This document shows positions 44,383 to 55,087 of a stretch of 64,000 nucleotides of DNA, in pieces. Made by a program: the position numbers and the translations under genes. The notes under the pieces were generated by a model that saw nothing but the letters and a program-made list of their open reading frames with translations, was not told the DNA's origin and did no database searches. The DNA is from Nitrospirota bacterium (lineage in GTDB: Bacteria > Nitrospirota > UBA9217): assembly GCA_963796285.1 (NCBI GenBank), contig CAWCKW010000012.1, positions 1,824,001 through 1,888,000 on the forward strand, given 5' to 3'. The first letter of the stretch is position 1, and each line of letters starts with the position of its first letter.

Positions 44383-45828
44383 ATGAAGAGAATAGTGCAA
44401 AGTCCGTGGGTGGCCGTTCTGCTCTTCGTTCTGACACTGATAGCCGGACACGCGTGGGCGGATCCGGTACTCCTCTCCGACGAGACCCGGAGATGCCTCG
44501 ACTGTCACGCCAAGCCGGGCATCATCAAGTCGTTCCAGAACAACGAATCGGTGATCGCTTACGTGGATCCCGATAAATTTCAGTCCTCCGTTCATAATTC
44601 CCTGGACTGCCCAAGTTGTCATCCCGATTTCTCATCCGGACAACACCCCAGCCGGGCGTTCAAAAGCAAGGCGCATTATCAAATCAGGTCGTCCCTGGTG
44701 TGCAGGCAGTGTCATACCGACGAGCAGATCAAGCGGCGTGCGATCCATCGCGGTCTGCTGCTGGAGGAAAAAGCCGGGAAACCGCTCGTCTGTGCCAATT
44801 GTCACGGATCGCATACAATCACCCAGTTGTCTGGAATAAGCTCCTTCACGAATGAAGAACAGTACTGTCTGAAATGTCATAATCATGCGGTAACCTTACG
44901 TTTCAAGAACAACGAAATCCTCCCGCTGAAGGTGGATTCCCTCCTGCTGAAGACCTCGGTCCACGGCAAGCTGAGCTGCTCGGATTGCCACTTCGGGTTC
45001 TCCTCCGAAGAACACCCGCAGCGGAATTTCAGAACCCGCAGGGACTTCATCCTCGCCTCGGCGGAAAGCTGCAGGCGCTGCCACTTCGATAAATATACGA
45101 AAAGTCTCGAGAGCATTCACTACACCATGCTCAGCCAGGGAAAACTGGAAGCTCCTGTCTGCACCGACTGCCACGGGTCCCATGAGATCTACCGGGTCGG
45201 CAAGGATCGGACGGAGAGTGCGAAACGATGCCAGCGGTGCCATGCGAAAGAATACGACATCTATTCAAAAAGCGTTCACGGCAACGCGCTGTTCAACGAG
45301 CATAACCAGGATGTTCCCGTATGCGTGGACTGCCACACCGCGCACACGATCGAAGACCCGCTTTCCATGGATTACCGCGAGCGAATCCCCGAGATGTGCA
45401 GCAACTGCCATGCAAAAAAGGAGGTCGTCGGAAAATACGGACTTTCCACGGACGTCGAAAAAACCTATCTCTCCGACTTCCATGGCGTGTCACTGGGTCT
45501 GTATAAAATGCAGAAAGGGGAAACCTATAAACCGCATAAAGTCATTGCGGTCTGCACGGATTGCCACGGTACGCACAACATCATGAACACCCGGGGTGCC
45601 GAGTCCGCCGTCGTCAAGGCCAATCTGCTCAAACGTTGCCAAAAGTGCCATGCCAATGCCAACGAGCATTTTCCCGACGCCTGGCTCTCTCACTATGAAC
45701 CGAGCCTCAAAACAGCGCCGCTGGTCTTCCTCGCCGGTCTGGCGTATCAGATCTTCATACCCATCTTGCTGGCCGGGTTTGTTCTCCAGATCCTGCTGCA
45801 TATCTGGCGTTATGCGGTCAACAGATGA
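44383..45828 (+). CDS. 13-heme cytochrome c with C-terminal membrane anchor
   Basis: Signal peptide; 13 CxxCH counted; recurring SVH/SIH motifs as in CbcL/CbcA-type cytochromes. Confidence 0.87.
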   Translation: MKRIVQSPWVAVLLFVLTLIAGHAWADPVLLSDETRRCLDCHAKPGIIKSFQNNESVIAYVDPDKFQSSVHNSLDCPSCHPDFSSGQHPSRAFKSKAHYQIRSSLVCRQCHTDEQIKRRAIHRGLLLEEKAGKPLVCANCHGSHTITQLSGISSFTNEEQYCLKCHNHAVTLRFKNNEILPLKVDSLLLKTSVHGKLSCSDCHFGFSSEEHPQRNFRTRRDFILASAESCRRCHFDKYTKSLESIHYTMLSQGKLEAPVCTDCHGSHEIYRVGKDRTESAKRCQRCHAKEYDIYSKSVHGNALFNEHNQDVPVCVDCHTAHTIEDPLSMDYRERIPEMCSNCHAKKEVVGKYGLSTDVEKTYLSDFHGVSLGLYKMQKGETYKPHKVIAVCTDCHGTHNIMNTRGAESAVVKANLLKRCQKCHANANEHFPDAWLSHYEPSLKTAPLVFLAGLAYQIFIPILLAGFVLQILLHIWRYAVNR

Positions 45829-45900
45829 TGTGGTCGTGTGCAACCGAATAAAGCCGCCCGGGCGCTTGAACCGGCGGCGCGTTTCACCTTGGAGGTGACC

Positions 45901-46620
45901 ATGAATACCACGTTCAAACGATTCTGCACCATGCGCGTTATCGAGCACTGGATACAGCTGACAACCTTCAGCATCCTGGTCACAACCGGTTTGTCGCAAA
46001 AGTTCTTCACCCTCGACCTCTCCCGGTGGATCATCCTGCATATGGGCGGCATCAATAACGTGCGGATTGTTCACCGCTACACGGCCATTCTGTTCTCGTT
46101 GGCCGTTGCGGCGCACATCCTGACCGCGATCGTCGGGCTGGTCGTCAAACGATGGCAGCCATCCATGGTGATCACGCAGAACGACTTCCGGAACGCGGTG
46201 CACAATATCAGGTACTATCTGGGGAATGAGCGGTATCCCGCACCGGGAGGTAAATACAGCTACACGCAAAAATTCGAATACTGGGGCATTCTGACCGGCG
46301 GGTTGTTGATGATCTCGACCGGGGCCGTGCTCTGGAAACCCATGCTCATCACCAGTTTTATCAGTGGAGAAATTATTCCCGCCGCAAAGGTGCTGCACAC
46401 GAACGAGGCGCTGGTCGTCTTCCTCATCATCGCCCTCTGGCATATCTACAACGCCGTATTCAGCCCCGAAGTATTTCCGCTCAATACGAGCATTTTTACC
46501 GGCTCGATCTCGAGGAAGCGGATGCTCCATGAACACATCGTTGAGCTTGCACGAATCGAGGAGACGACAGTTGATGAGCTCAGGGCGCACTACCAGGAAG
46601 ACCCGGCTGACGAGCCATAG
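45901..46620 (+). CDS. Di-heme cytochrome b (FdnI/HydC-like)
   Basis: GGAGG RBS; EHW, TGL.QKF, IVHR, KYSYTQKFEYW, LHTNEA, WHIYN, MLHEH. Confidence 0.83.
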   Translation: MNTTFKRFCTMRVIEHWIQLTTFSILVTTGLSQKFFTLDLSRWIILHMGGINNVRIVHRYTAILFSLAVAAHILTAIVGLVVKRWQPSMVITQNDFRNAVHNIRYYLGNERYPAPGGKYSYTQKFEYWGILTGGLLMISTGAVLWKPMLITSFISGEIIPAAKVLHTNEALVVFLIIALWHIYNAVFSPEVFPLNTSIFTGSISRKRMLHEHIVELARIEETTVDELRAHYQEDPADEP

Positions 46621-46692
46621 CCAGCGGTCGACCGGGGAACTGGTCCTGTTCTGCCACTATCTTTTTTCTCGCAATTATTATATACTCATGCC

Positions 46693-48546
46693 ATGACCGC
46701 GCGCATAGGAAGCCTTCGTAAACGAATAACCCTGACCAACTTAACAGGCATATCGATCATTCTGTTGACGTTCAGTGTCGCCAGTTACTACATCATTCAG
46801 AAAAATATCGAGGAATCCCAGAACGCCAAGCTGGCCTTCGCGCGCCTTATCAGGAGCAACATCGACAATATTATAAAAGACAACATCAACCGCCTCTATG
46901 ACATATCGATGTCGGGCAAAATCGATCTGCGGGACAATGATTTCGGCCCTGAACGGGACGCGATCAGGACCGCCTACCGGTACTCGATCTTCACGGACGG
47001 CGTCTTCCTTCTGGATACGGGGGGAAATATTATTCTGAATTATCCAGAGAAGATCCGGGATACGGCGATCAACGTTTTGAGCATCGAACCGATCAGCAGG
47101 ATCATCGCAAACAACCGGCCAGTGGTCTCGAACGTTTACACGCTTGAACCGTCGGGCCGAAAGCTCATGTTCGTCCTCGTTCCGCTGAAGGATAAGCACG
47201 GAAATTCCGTAGGCGTGGCGGGCGGCGAGATCGATCCAACGAATCCCATACTGACCCGCATGCTCGGGTTGATTCACATGGGTAAAAACATGTTTATCGA
47301 CATTGTGGACTCGAACGGCGTGGTCATATCTTCATCGGATAGGACCCGCACCCTGACCCAGTGCAACCGCGATAACTTCTTTACCGGCATCATTGGCGAA
47401 AAGAGGGAGCGGGTAACGACCTGTCACAGCTGCCATATCTCCGGCTCCCGGAACGAAAAAAAGACCATGATCCTGGCCTTTGTCCCGCTCGAGATGGCGC
47501 CTTGGGGGATTGCCATTCAGGAACCCGAGGCCGAAGTATTCTTGGCGGCCTCCAGACTGAAACGAACATTCGCCGCCCTTGCCGTCGTCTTTATCGGGAC
47601 GGTCTTCATCGTGACCATCGGCATCAGCCGCAGTATCGTGAACCCACTGAACGATCTCATCCGGGGCACCGACAGGATCGCCAACGGAGATCTGTCGGAG
47701 CCTGTCCCGCTCCAGGGCAGCGACGAGATCGGAGCCCTGAGCCGGAGCTTCGAGACCATGCGGCTCAAGCTCGTCGAATCGATGGAGCGCATCATGAAGC
47801 ACGCCCAGGAGCTCGAGACACGGGTCCGCGAGAGAACCCTTCAGATCAACGCTAGCCGGAAACAGGGGGAGCTCCTCCTGGAAAAGGTCATCTCATCGCA
47901 GGAGGAGGAACGCAAGCGTATAGGACGCGAACTGCATGACGATACGCTGCAGGACCTGTCGGCAGCGGTGATGCAGATCGACATGTGCAAATTCAATCCC
48001 GTCAAGGTGTCCCCGCAGAGAATCGACAGCATCCGCGGGATCGTCGTCAATGCATTGGACCGCCTGACCGGCATCATTCAGAACCTGAGACCGACTCTCC
48101 TCGACGACCTCGGCCTCGTTCCAGCGATCAAGTCGCTCCTTGACATGCATCTTGGCGAGAACGGCATCCACTACTTTTTGAATTCCGCTAGCTTCGCGGA
48201 GCGCCGTTTCCGGCCTGAAGTGGAGATCACTCTGTTCAGGGTCGTACAGGAAGCTGTTTCGAACACGGCACGCCATGCCAAGGCGGAGAATTTCTTTATC
48301 ATGATGAAGGTCGATAAGGACATTATATCGGTAGATATCGAAGATGACGGAGAAGGGTTCAACCTCAACCTCCTCTATCCGCATAGAAGCCATGATGTGT
48401 TTGACAGTCGGGGGCTCGGCATGCTGGGTATGAAAGAGCGGGTGACACTGCTCGGCGGCACGATCCACTTGTGCTCCGCGCCGAGCCAGGGAACTCAGAT
48501 CGAAATCCGGATACCCCTTGCGAACACGGAGGTGACAAGTGCATAA
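46693..48546 (+). CDS. Cache-HAMP HisKA_3 sensor kinase with extracytoplasmic CxxCH
   Basis: Two TM helices, TCHSCH between them, HAMP, ERKRIGRELHD, QEAVSN.RHA, GLGMLGMKERV. Confidence 0.87.
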   Translation: MTARIGSLRKRITLTNLTGISIILLTFSVASYYIIQKNIEESQNAKLAFARLIRSNIDNIIKDNINRLYDISMSGKIDLRDNDFGPERDAIRTAYRYSIFTDGVFLLDTGGNIILNYPEKIRDTAINVLSIEPISRIIANNRPVVSNVYTLEPSGRKLMFVLVPLKDKHGNSVGVAGGEIDPTNPILTRMLGLIHMGKNMFIDIVDSNGVVISSSDRTRTLTQCNRDNFFTGIIGEKRERVTTCHSCHISGSRNEKKTMILAFVPLEMAPWGIAIQEPEAEVFLAASRLKRTFAALAVVFIGTVFIVTIGISRSIVNPLNDLIRGTDRIANGDLSEPVPLQGSDEIGALSRSFETMRLKLVESMERIMKHAQELETRVRERTLQINASRKQGELLLEKVISSQEEERKRIGRELHDDTLQDLSAAVMQIDMCKFNPVKVSPQRIDSIRGIVVNALDRLTGIIQNLRPTLLDDLGLVPAIKSLLDMHLGENGIHYFLNSASFAERRFRPEVEITLFRVVQEAVSNTARHAKAENFFIMMKVDKDIISVDIEDDGEGFNLNLLYPHRSHDVFDSRGLGMLGMKERVTLLGGTIHLCSAPSQGTQIEIRIPLANTEVTSA

Positions 48547-49213
48547 AAAAAAGATCCTCATCGCCGATGACCACGCCCTCGTTCGGGAAGGGATCGCGGC
48601 CTTCCTCAGGCTCTGTGATGACGTCGAGGTGATAGCTGAGGCCTCAGACGGGATCGAGGCCATCGAGAAGACGAACAAACACCGTCCCGACATCATCATC
48701 ATGGACATCAATATGCCCAAGCTCGGAGGACTCGAAACCACGATCGAGATCAAGAGGATGCATCCCGACATCAAGGTGCTCGTACTGACGCAATATGAGG
48801 ACCGGGAATATATATCCCGGTTCCTGAAAGCGGGGGTTTCCGGATATCTGCTGAAAAAAGCGGTCGGAAGCGATTTGATCACGGCGCTCAAGGCCATCGG
48901 GCGAGGCGAGCTGTACCTCTATTCATCCATCGCTTCGGAGGTCGTGGCCGGCTATATCCAGGGAGAAAAAAAAATCGATGTGGAAAACCCCTACGAGAAA
49001 CTCAGTGACCGGGAAAAGCAGGTGCTAAAGCTCGTCGCCGAGGGATGCACACACAAGGAAGCAGCCGACATGCTGTGCATCAGCGTCAAAACCGTCATCG
49101 CCCATCAAACGAACATTAGCGAAAAGCTCGGCATTCATACCCGCGCAGGCTTGATCAAATTTGCGATACAAAAGGGGATTATCAAAATAGACGGTGTTAC
49201 CGGAGAGCGTTAG
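48539..49213 (+). CDS. NarL/LuxR-family response regulator
   Basis: IADDHALVREG, MDINMP, LSDREKQVLKLVAEG HTH; overlaps the kinase stop. Confidence 0.92.
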   Translation: MHKKKILIADDHALVREGIAAFLRLCDDVEVIAEASDGIEAIEKTNKHRPDIIIMDINMPKLGGLETTIEIKRMHPDIKVLVLTQYEDREYISRFLKAGVSGYLLKKAVGSDLITALKAIGRGELYLYSSIASEVVAGYIQGEKKIDVENPYEKLSDREKQVLKLVAEGCTHKEAADMLCISVKTVIAHQTNISEKLGIHTRAGLIKFAIQKGIIKIDGVTGER

Positions 49214-49494
49214 ACCTTCCCGTCAACCATCTCCCGCATTTCCTTCCCAGCCTTGAAAAACGGGACTTTCTTCGGCGGTACCGAGACGGTCTCGCCGGTC
49301 TTCGGGTTCCTGCCTTCCTTGGCGCGGCGGTGGCGGATCCGGAAACTGCCAAACCCCCGGATCTCGACCTTGTCTTCGCGGGACAAGGCGTCCTTGATGC
49401 CGTCGAGCACGGTGTTGACGATCACTTCCACCTGTTTCCTGGTCAACCCGGGCTTCTTCTCTGCAATTTTATCTACCAGCTCCGCCTTTGTCAT
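49210..49494 (-). CDS. ihfB: Integration host factor beta / HU family
   Basis: MTKAELV, VEIRGFGSF, GRNPKTGE, FKAGKE; downstream of rpsA-sppA. Confidence 0.85.
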   Translation of the reverse strand: MTKAELVDKIAEKKPGLTRKQVEVIVNTVLDGIKDALSREDKVEIRGFGSFRIRHRRAKEGRNPKTGETVSVPPKKVPFFKAGKEMREMVDGKV

Positions 49495-49532
49495 GCACAC
49501 TCCTCCTCACCCTTGATTCTCACACGTCCAGA

Positions 49533-50432
49533 TCACAGATACTGTAATGTCACGGAACTTCTGCCGACGCCTCGCGTAATAACATCCGCGATCCAGGCCG
49601 CGGATTCTTCCTTCAAATAGTCAAAGAAAGGGATCTTTTTTCTTTTTTCGATCACTCTCGGTTTTCCTCGGATCCCCACCAGTTCTCCTGCAACCTTGAT
49701 ACTGTCCGCCAGATCTCCCAGCTGGTCCACGAGCTTGAGATCGAGGGCCTGCCTGCCGGTGAAGATGCGGCCATCCGCGATGGCCCGCACTTCCGCCTCC
49801 TGCATATTCCGTCCTTCGGCAACGGCCTTGATGAACTGGCTGTGGACATCGTCGATCACGTCCTGAAGAAGTTTTTTCTCCTGCTCGGACATCTCGCGGA
49901 AGGGAGACCCCACATCCTTGTACTCACCTGCCTTCACCACCATCCCCTTCACCCCGATCTTCTCAAGGAGTTTTTCGATGTTGGCGAACTCCATCTTCAC
50001 GCCGATGCTTCCGGTAAGGGTGCCGGGGTTGGCTACGATCCTGTCCGCTGCCGCGGCCACATAATAACCACCCGACGCGGCAACTGTCCCCATGGAGGCA
50101 ACGACCTTTTTCCCCTCTTTCCTCGCGTTCTTCACTGCATTATAGATTTCCTGCGAAACGACGACGCCCCCTCCGGGACTGTCGATACGTAACACGATCG
50201 CCTTGACAGAGGAATCCTCGGCATACTCGTTCAGTTCTTCAACCACAGGCTCCGCGGTGATCAGCAGTCCCTCAAGCTTGACGAGCGCAACTTTGTCCGC
50301 TCCCACCATCTGCAGGGTCGTCGATGTCCGATTGTTCCCGGACAGCAGTGAGGCGAGGAACACAACACCGAAAAAAAGCGCTCCCAGCACGACTGCGGTC
50401 ATTACCACGATCAGGACGGGATTTTTTTTCAT
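49533..50432 (-). CDS. sppA: Signal peptide peptidase SppA (36K type)
   Basis: LRIDSPGG, AASGGYY, TGSIGV, ADGRIFTGRQA. Confidence 0.92.
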   Translation of the reverse strand: MKKNPVLIVVMTAVVLGALFFGVVFLASLLSGNNRTSTTLQMVGADKVALVKLEGLLITAEPVVEELNEYAEDSSVKAIVLRIDSPGGGVVVSQEIYNAVKNARKEGKKVVASMGTVAASGGYYVAAAADRIVANPGTLTGSIGVKMEFANIEKLLEKIGVKGMVVKAGEYKDVGSPFREMSEQEKKLLQDVIDDVHSQFIKAVAEGRNMQEAEVRAIADGRIFTGRQALDLKLVDQLGDLADSIKVAGELVGIRGKPRVIEKRKKIPFFDYLKEESAAWIADVITRGVGRSSVTLQYL

Positions 50433-52138
50433 GATGGATCTGTCCGTTCCTTCAACAGAGCGCCGATACTGGTATCGGGTTTCTCTTGCTGGCTCATGTA
50501 ATCTTTCAGGGTCGACCGATCATTGCCCTTGATCTGCGCCTTGACCGAGAGCGCAATCTTTCGCTCACCCTTGTCGACCTTGATCACGCGGGCGATCACC
50601 TCATCGCCTTCCTTGAACGCTGGGGAGTCCTTCACCATCTCCGAGGCAGGGATCAGACCTTCAATACCATGCTCGAGTTCAACAAACGCACCGAAGTCGG
50701 CGAGTTTCGTCACCTTGACGGTTTCATCCTGACCGACCTTGTATCGCTCCGGGATCGCCTTGTCCCATGGGTCCGGGGTCAGCTGCTTGAGCCCCAGCGA
50801 GATGCGCTCTTTTTGCGCATCGATGGAAAGAACCACGGCTCTGATCTTCTGACCTTTTTTGAGCACCTCGGACGGGTTCTTGACGTGCTTGGTCCACGAC
50901 AGGTCGGAGATGTGGATGAGCCCGTCGATGCCCTCTTCCAGACCGATAAAGGCCCCGAAATCGGTGATAGTCTTGACCTTCCCCTCTACCTCGGACCCAA
51001 CGGGATATCGATCGCCGATGCTGTGCCAGGGATTGGGTGCGATCTGCTTCATGCCGAGCGAGATCCTCTTGCCAGCCGGGTCCACTGCCAGGACCTGTGC
51101 TTCGACCATATCACCGACTGAGACGACCTTCGAAGGGTGTTTCACCCTTTGCGTCCACGACATCTCGGAAACATGGATCAAACCTTCAACGCCCCGCTCC
51201 AGTTCGATGAAAGCCCCGTAGTCCGTGAGGCTTACCACCTTGCCGCTGACCCTGCTGCCGACCGCAAACTTCTGAGAGGCCGCAAGCCAGGGGTCCTCTG
51301 TCTTCTGCTTGATGCCGAGAGAGACCTTTTGCTTCTCCCTGTCATACTTCAGCACAACCACTTCTATCTTGTCGCCCAACTTCAAGATCTCGGACGGATG
51401 GCTGATCCTGCCCCAGGACATGTCGGTAATGTGCAGCAGGCCGTCAATGCCCCCGAGGTCCACAAAGGCGCCATACTCCGTAACATTCTTGATTGTGCCG
51501 GTCACCACCTGGCCCTCGACGAGAGAGGAGAGCGTTTCCTCCTTTTTCACGTTCAGGTGCTGCTCGAGGATGGCCCTTCGGGAGAGCACGATATTGCCCC
51601 GACCCGAGTTCATTTTGAGGATCTTCAGATCCAGCACCTGGCCGATCATCCTGTTCATCTGTTGCACAGGCTTGGTATCGATCTGCGAGCCCGGCAGGAA
51701 CGCCTCCACTCCCCCGATATCGACGGTCAACCCGCCCTTGATCACCGAGACGACCCGTCCTTTCACCGGGGTGCCGGTCTGATGCGCCCGATTCAGATCG
51801 TCCCAGACCTGCAGTTTTTTCGCCTTTTCCCGAGAGAGCATCAGGTTGCCGTTCGCGTCTTCCGCGGCCTCAAGCAGCACCTCAAGCTCATCGCCGGGTT
51901 TGAGGGCCTTCAGTTCCTCCGGGGTAAACTGCTCTACGGGGATGATGCCGTCGGATTTGTACCCGAGGTCCAGCATCACGAAACCGGACCGGACCTGCAA
52001 TACCCTGCCCCGCACCACGGTCCCCGATTTGAAGCTCTTCAACGACTGGCTGTAGAGCTGTTCGAACTCGTTCTGCTGACTTGCTTCATCCGGCGTCTCG
52101 TTCTCATCTTGCTCGATATTTCCCTGACTCTCGTTCAT
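50429..52138 (-). CDS. rpsA: 30S ribosomal protein S1
   Basis: Six S1 repeats (AFLPGSQ, YGAFVDLGGIDGLLH, EGLIHVSEMSW). Confidence 0.96.
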   Translation of the reverse strand: MNESQGNIEQDENETPDEASQQNEFEQLYSQSLKSFKSGTVVRGRVLQVRSGFVMLDLGYKSDGIIPVEQFTPEELKALKPGDELEVLLEAAEDANGNLMLSREKAKKLQVWDDLNRAHQTGTPVKGRVVSVIKGGLTVDIGGVEAFLPGSQIDTKPVQQMNRMIGQVLDLKILKMNSGRGNIVLSRRAILEQHLNVKKEETLSSLVEGQVVTGTIKNVTEYGAFVDLGGIDGLLHITDMSWGRISHPSEILKLGDKIEVVVLKYDREKQKVSLGIKQKTEDPWLAASQKFAVGSRVSGKVVSLTDYGAFIELERGVEGLIHVSEMSWTQRVKHPSKVVSVGDMVEAQVLAVDPAGKRISLGMKQIAPNPWHSIGDRYPVGSEVEGKVKTITDFGAFIGLEEGIDGLIHISDLSWTKHVKNPSEVLKKGQKIRAVVLSIDAQKERISLGLKQLTPDPWDKAIPERYKVGQDETVKVTKLADFGAFVELEHGIEGLIPASEMVKDSPAFKEGDEVIARVIKVDKGERKIALSVKAQIKGNDRSTLKDYMSQQEKPDTSIGALLKERTDPS

Positions 52139-52184
52139 TAAAATACCTTACCTCCCGAAAATATATGGTCGGCACCTGCGACGA

Positions 52185-53024
52185 TCAACCGACCTTCCCG
52201 CTCTTTAATTTTTTCATCACACCCTCCACAACCCAGTCGGGCGTGGACGCTCCGGCGGTGACCCCTACCTTGGTCGCACCCTTCAGCCACTCCGGTCTGA
52301 TCTCGTCGGCCACCTCGATATGGTACGTCGGTTTTCCTTCCTGTTGGCATACCGAGACCAGCCTGGTTGTGTTCGCGCTATTGCGCCCGCCCACTACCAG
52401 CATGATATCGACCTGTCCGGCTAGAATACGCGCCGCGTCCTGGCGTTCTTTTGTTGAATGGCAAATGGTGTTAAAGACCTTTAATTCTTTGGAAAGGCTT
52501 AACAATTTTAACACAATTTCCGAAAAATTGCTATATGATTGAGTTGTCTGGGCAACAACGCCCAGCCTTTGTTGAAACTTCACGCATTCCACATCCTCTG
52601 CCGTCTCCACGACAACAGCGTTGTCACCTGCATAGCCAAGAATACTCTGCACCTCGGGATGCTGCTTCTCGCCGATAACGACCACCTGATAGCCTTCTTT
52701 CTGAAGCAACTCCGCATCTCGCTGCGCCTTGCCTACAAAGGGGCAGGTGAGATCGATGATCTGGAGCCCTTTGTCCCTGGCCTGGGCAAGTACCAGGGGC
52801 GGCACCCCGTGCGAGCGGATGATAATATAGTCCCCCGGGTTGAGCGATGAAAAATCCTCGACTGTCCGCACCCCTGCCTCAAGCAACCGGTCGACTTCCT
52901 GAGGATTATGGATCAACGGCCCGAGGCAATACACCTTGCCTGTGCCCGCCGCCTTGAACGCGGTATTGATCGCCCGTTTCACACCGAAACAGAACCCTGC
53001 TTTGTCAGCCAGAAATATTTCCAT
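52185..53024 (-). CDS. ispH: 4-hydroxy-3-methylbut-2-enyl diphosphate reductase
   Basis: AGFCFGVKRA, IHN, SHG, DLTCPFV, QTTQ, NTIC, SANT, TAGASTP. Confidence 0.95.
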   Translation of the reverse strand: MEIFLADKAGFCFGVKRAINTAFKAAGTGKVYCLGPLIHNPQEVDRLLEAGVRTVEDFSSLNPGDYIIIRSHGVPPLVLAQARDKGLQIIDLTCPFVGKAQRDAELLQKEGYQVVVIGEKQHPEVQSILGYAGDNAVVVETAEDVECVKFQQRLGVVAQTTQSYSNFSEIVLKLLSLSKELKVFNTICHSTKERQDAARILAGQVDIMLVVGGRNSANTTRLVSVCQQEGKPTYHIEVADEIRPEWLKGATKVGVTAGASTPDWVVEGVMKKLKSGKVG

Positions 53025-53030
53025 GTCCCG

Positions 53031-53705
53031 TCACTTCACCTTCGCCAGTTCGGCCAGCATCCAGTCGACGACCTGGTCAATGCTCAGAAAACTCGAATCG
53101 ATCAGGAGCGCATCGTCGGCCTTTCTGAGCGGCGCGATCGAACGCCCGCTGTCTTGATGATCACGGTCTTTGATCTCCTGCGTGATCCGCGCAAGATCAA
53201 CGTCCAAGCCCTTTCCCTTCAGTTCAAGATACCGGCGCTTCCCCCGTTCCTCCGCGCTCGCCTCCAGAAAAAACTTCAGGTCCGCATCAGGGTACACAAC
53301 GGTGCCGATGTCCCTGCCGTCCATTACCACGCCGCCGTTTTTGCCAAGCTCCCGCTGCAAGGTAAGCAACCGGGCGCGGACCGCAGGCGATTTCGATACA
53401 GCAGAAGCCATCATCCCCATCTCGGGCGTACGGATCTCACCCGTCACATCATAGCCATCCACAAAAAACCGCGGATCGCTGTTGTCCTTCTTGATCGTCA
53501 CCTCGGTCCGCCCGCACAGGTCCTCAAGTGCATGCTCATCAGACGGATCGAGCCGTTCTTTCATCGTTTTCCAGCCGATAGAGCGGTACATTGCGCCGGT
53601 ATCAATGTAAATATAACCCAGGCGCTGTGCAAGTATTCTGGCAACCGTGCTTTTGCCTGCACCCGATGGACCGTCGATGGCTATCACTAATCCGTTTTTC
53701 TTCAT
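53031..53705 (-). CDS. cmk: Cytidylate kinase
   Basis: IAIDGPSGAGKST, DTGAMYR, MDGRDIGT, RDHQD. Confidence 0.96.
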   Translation of the reverse strand: MKKNGLVIAIDGPSGAGKSTVARILAQRLGYIYIDTGAMYRSIGWKTMKERLDPSDEHALEDLCGRTEVTIKKDNSDPRFFVDGYDVTGEIRTPEMGMMASAVSKSPAVRARLLTLQRELGKNGGVVMDGRDIGTVVYPDADLKFFLEASAEERGKRRYLELKGKGLDVDLARITQEIKDRDHQDSGRSIAPLRKADDALLIDSSFLSIDQVVDWMLAELAKVK

Positions 53706-53730
53706 ATATGTGCTGTCAAGCAGGGTTGAT

Positions 53731-53781
<51 letters not shown>

Positions 53782-55084
53782 TTACGAATACGCCACCTGC
53801 CTCAGCAATCGCTCAAAACCGGGGAACGATGTGTCGATCCATTCCGTATCATGCACAATAGTATTTCCGCTTGCGGCGAGCCCTGCCACGGCCACGGACA
53901 TGGCGATTCGATGGTCCCCATGGCTGTCACAGTGTGTTCCCATGAGCGTGTCTTTACCGATGATTTCCATCCCGTCAGGAAGCTCCGTCACTGCCGCGCC
54001 CATCTTGCGGAGCTCTGCAGCCATGGTCGCGATCCGGTCAGACTCCTTCACCCTGAGTTCAGCGGCGTCCTTGATGACAGTTTTCCCTTCCGCATAGGAC
54101 GCGGCCACGGCCAACACCGGGAGCTCATCAATGGCACGGGGGATCATCTCCCCACCGATCTGAAACCCATGAAGTTTCCGGTGCCGCACCCGGATATCGG
54201 CCACTGGTTCGCCTGCCTGCTCTCGCTGGTTCTCCTGCGTGATGTCCGCGCCCATTCCGACGAGGACGTCGATGACGCCCGTGCGCGTAGCATTTACTCC
54301 CACGTTTTTTATGAGCAGGTCCGAGCCCGGCACAATGGAAGCGGCGACCATGAAGAACGCGGCCGACGATATATCGGACGGGATATTGAGCGATCCTTTG
54401 GCGCGCAGCCGCTGTCTCCCTTTCAGCATCACCCTGTTCCCCCGTTCCCCGACCTCCACGCCGAAGAACCGGAGCATGCGCTCGGTGTGGTCACGGGACT
54501 TGGACGGTTCGTTCACCGTGGTATCGCCATGGGCATATAAACCGGCAAGAAGGATCGCCGACTTGACCTGAGCGCTTGCAACGGGACTGACATACTCGAT
54601 GGCCTGAAGGGTTTTTCCCCCACCCCTGATGGAGAGCGGCGCAAGCGTACCGTGGGAGCGGCCGTCGATCCTCGCACCCATGCGTTGGAGCGGCTCAACG
54701 ATCCTTGCCATGGGACGCTTTCTCAGATACTGGTCGCCGGTAAGCACGGAGAAAAAATCCTGTCCCGCAAGCAGACCCGCGATGAGCCTCATTCCGGTTC
54801 CCGCATTACCAAGATCGAGCACCCCCGCGGGCTCCGAAAGACCGTCAAGCCCCTTGCCATGCACAACGAGGCGTGCTGTCCCCAGACCCTCGATTGCGAT
54901 GCCCATTGCCTGCATTGCCTTTCGCCGTGTTCTGCGTGTCTTCTCCGGTCAGGAATCCGGTAATGTGAGTATCGCCATCTGCAAGAGCGGCAAACATCAC
55001 TGACCGGTGGGAGATCGATTTATCTCCGGGCAGGGAAAGCTCACCCCGGAGTCCGCTCGACGGTTGTATGTGGAGATCGGCCAT
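53782..55084 (-). CDS. aroA: EPSP synthase (frameshift near 54920)
   Basis: PGDKSISHR in 54845-55084; [36 protein letters not shown] in 53782-54915. Confidence 0.92.
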
Positions 55085-55087
55085 GGA

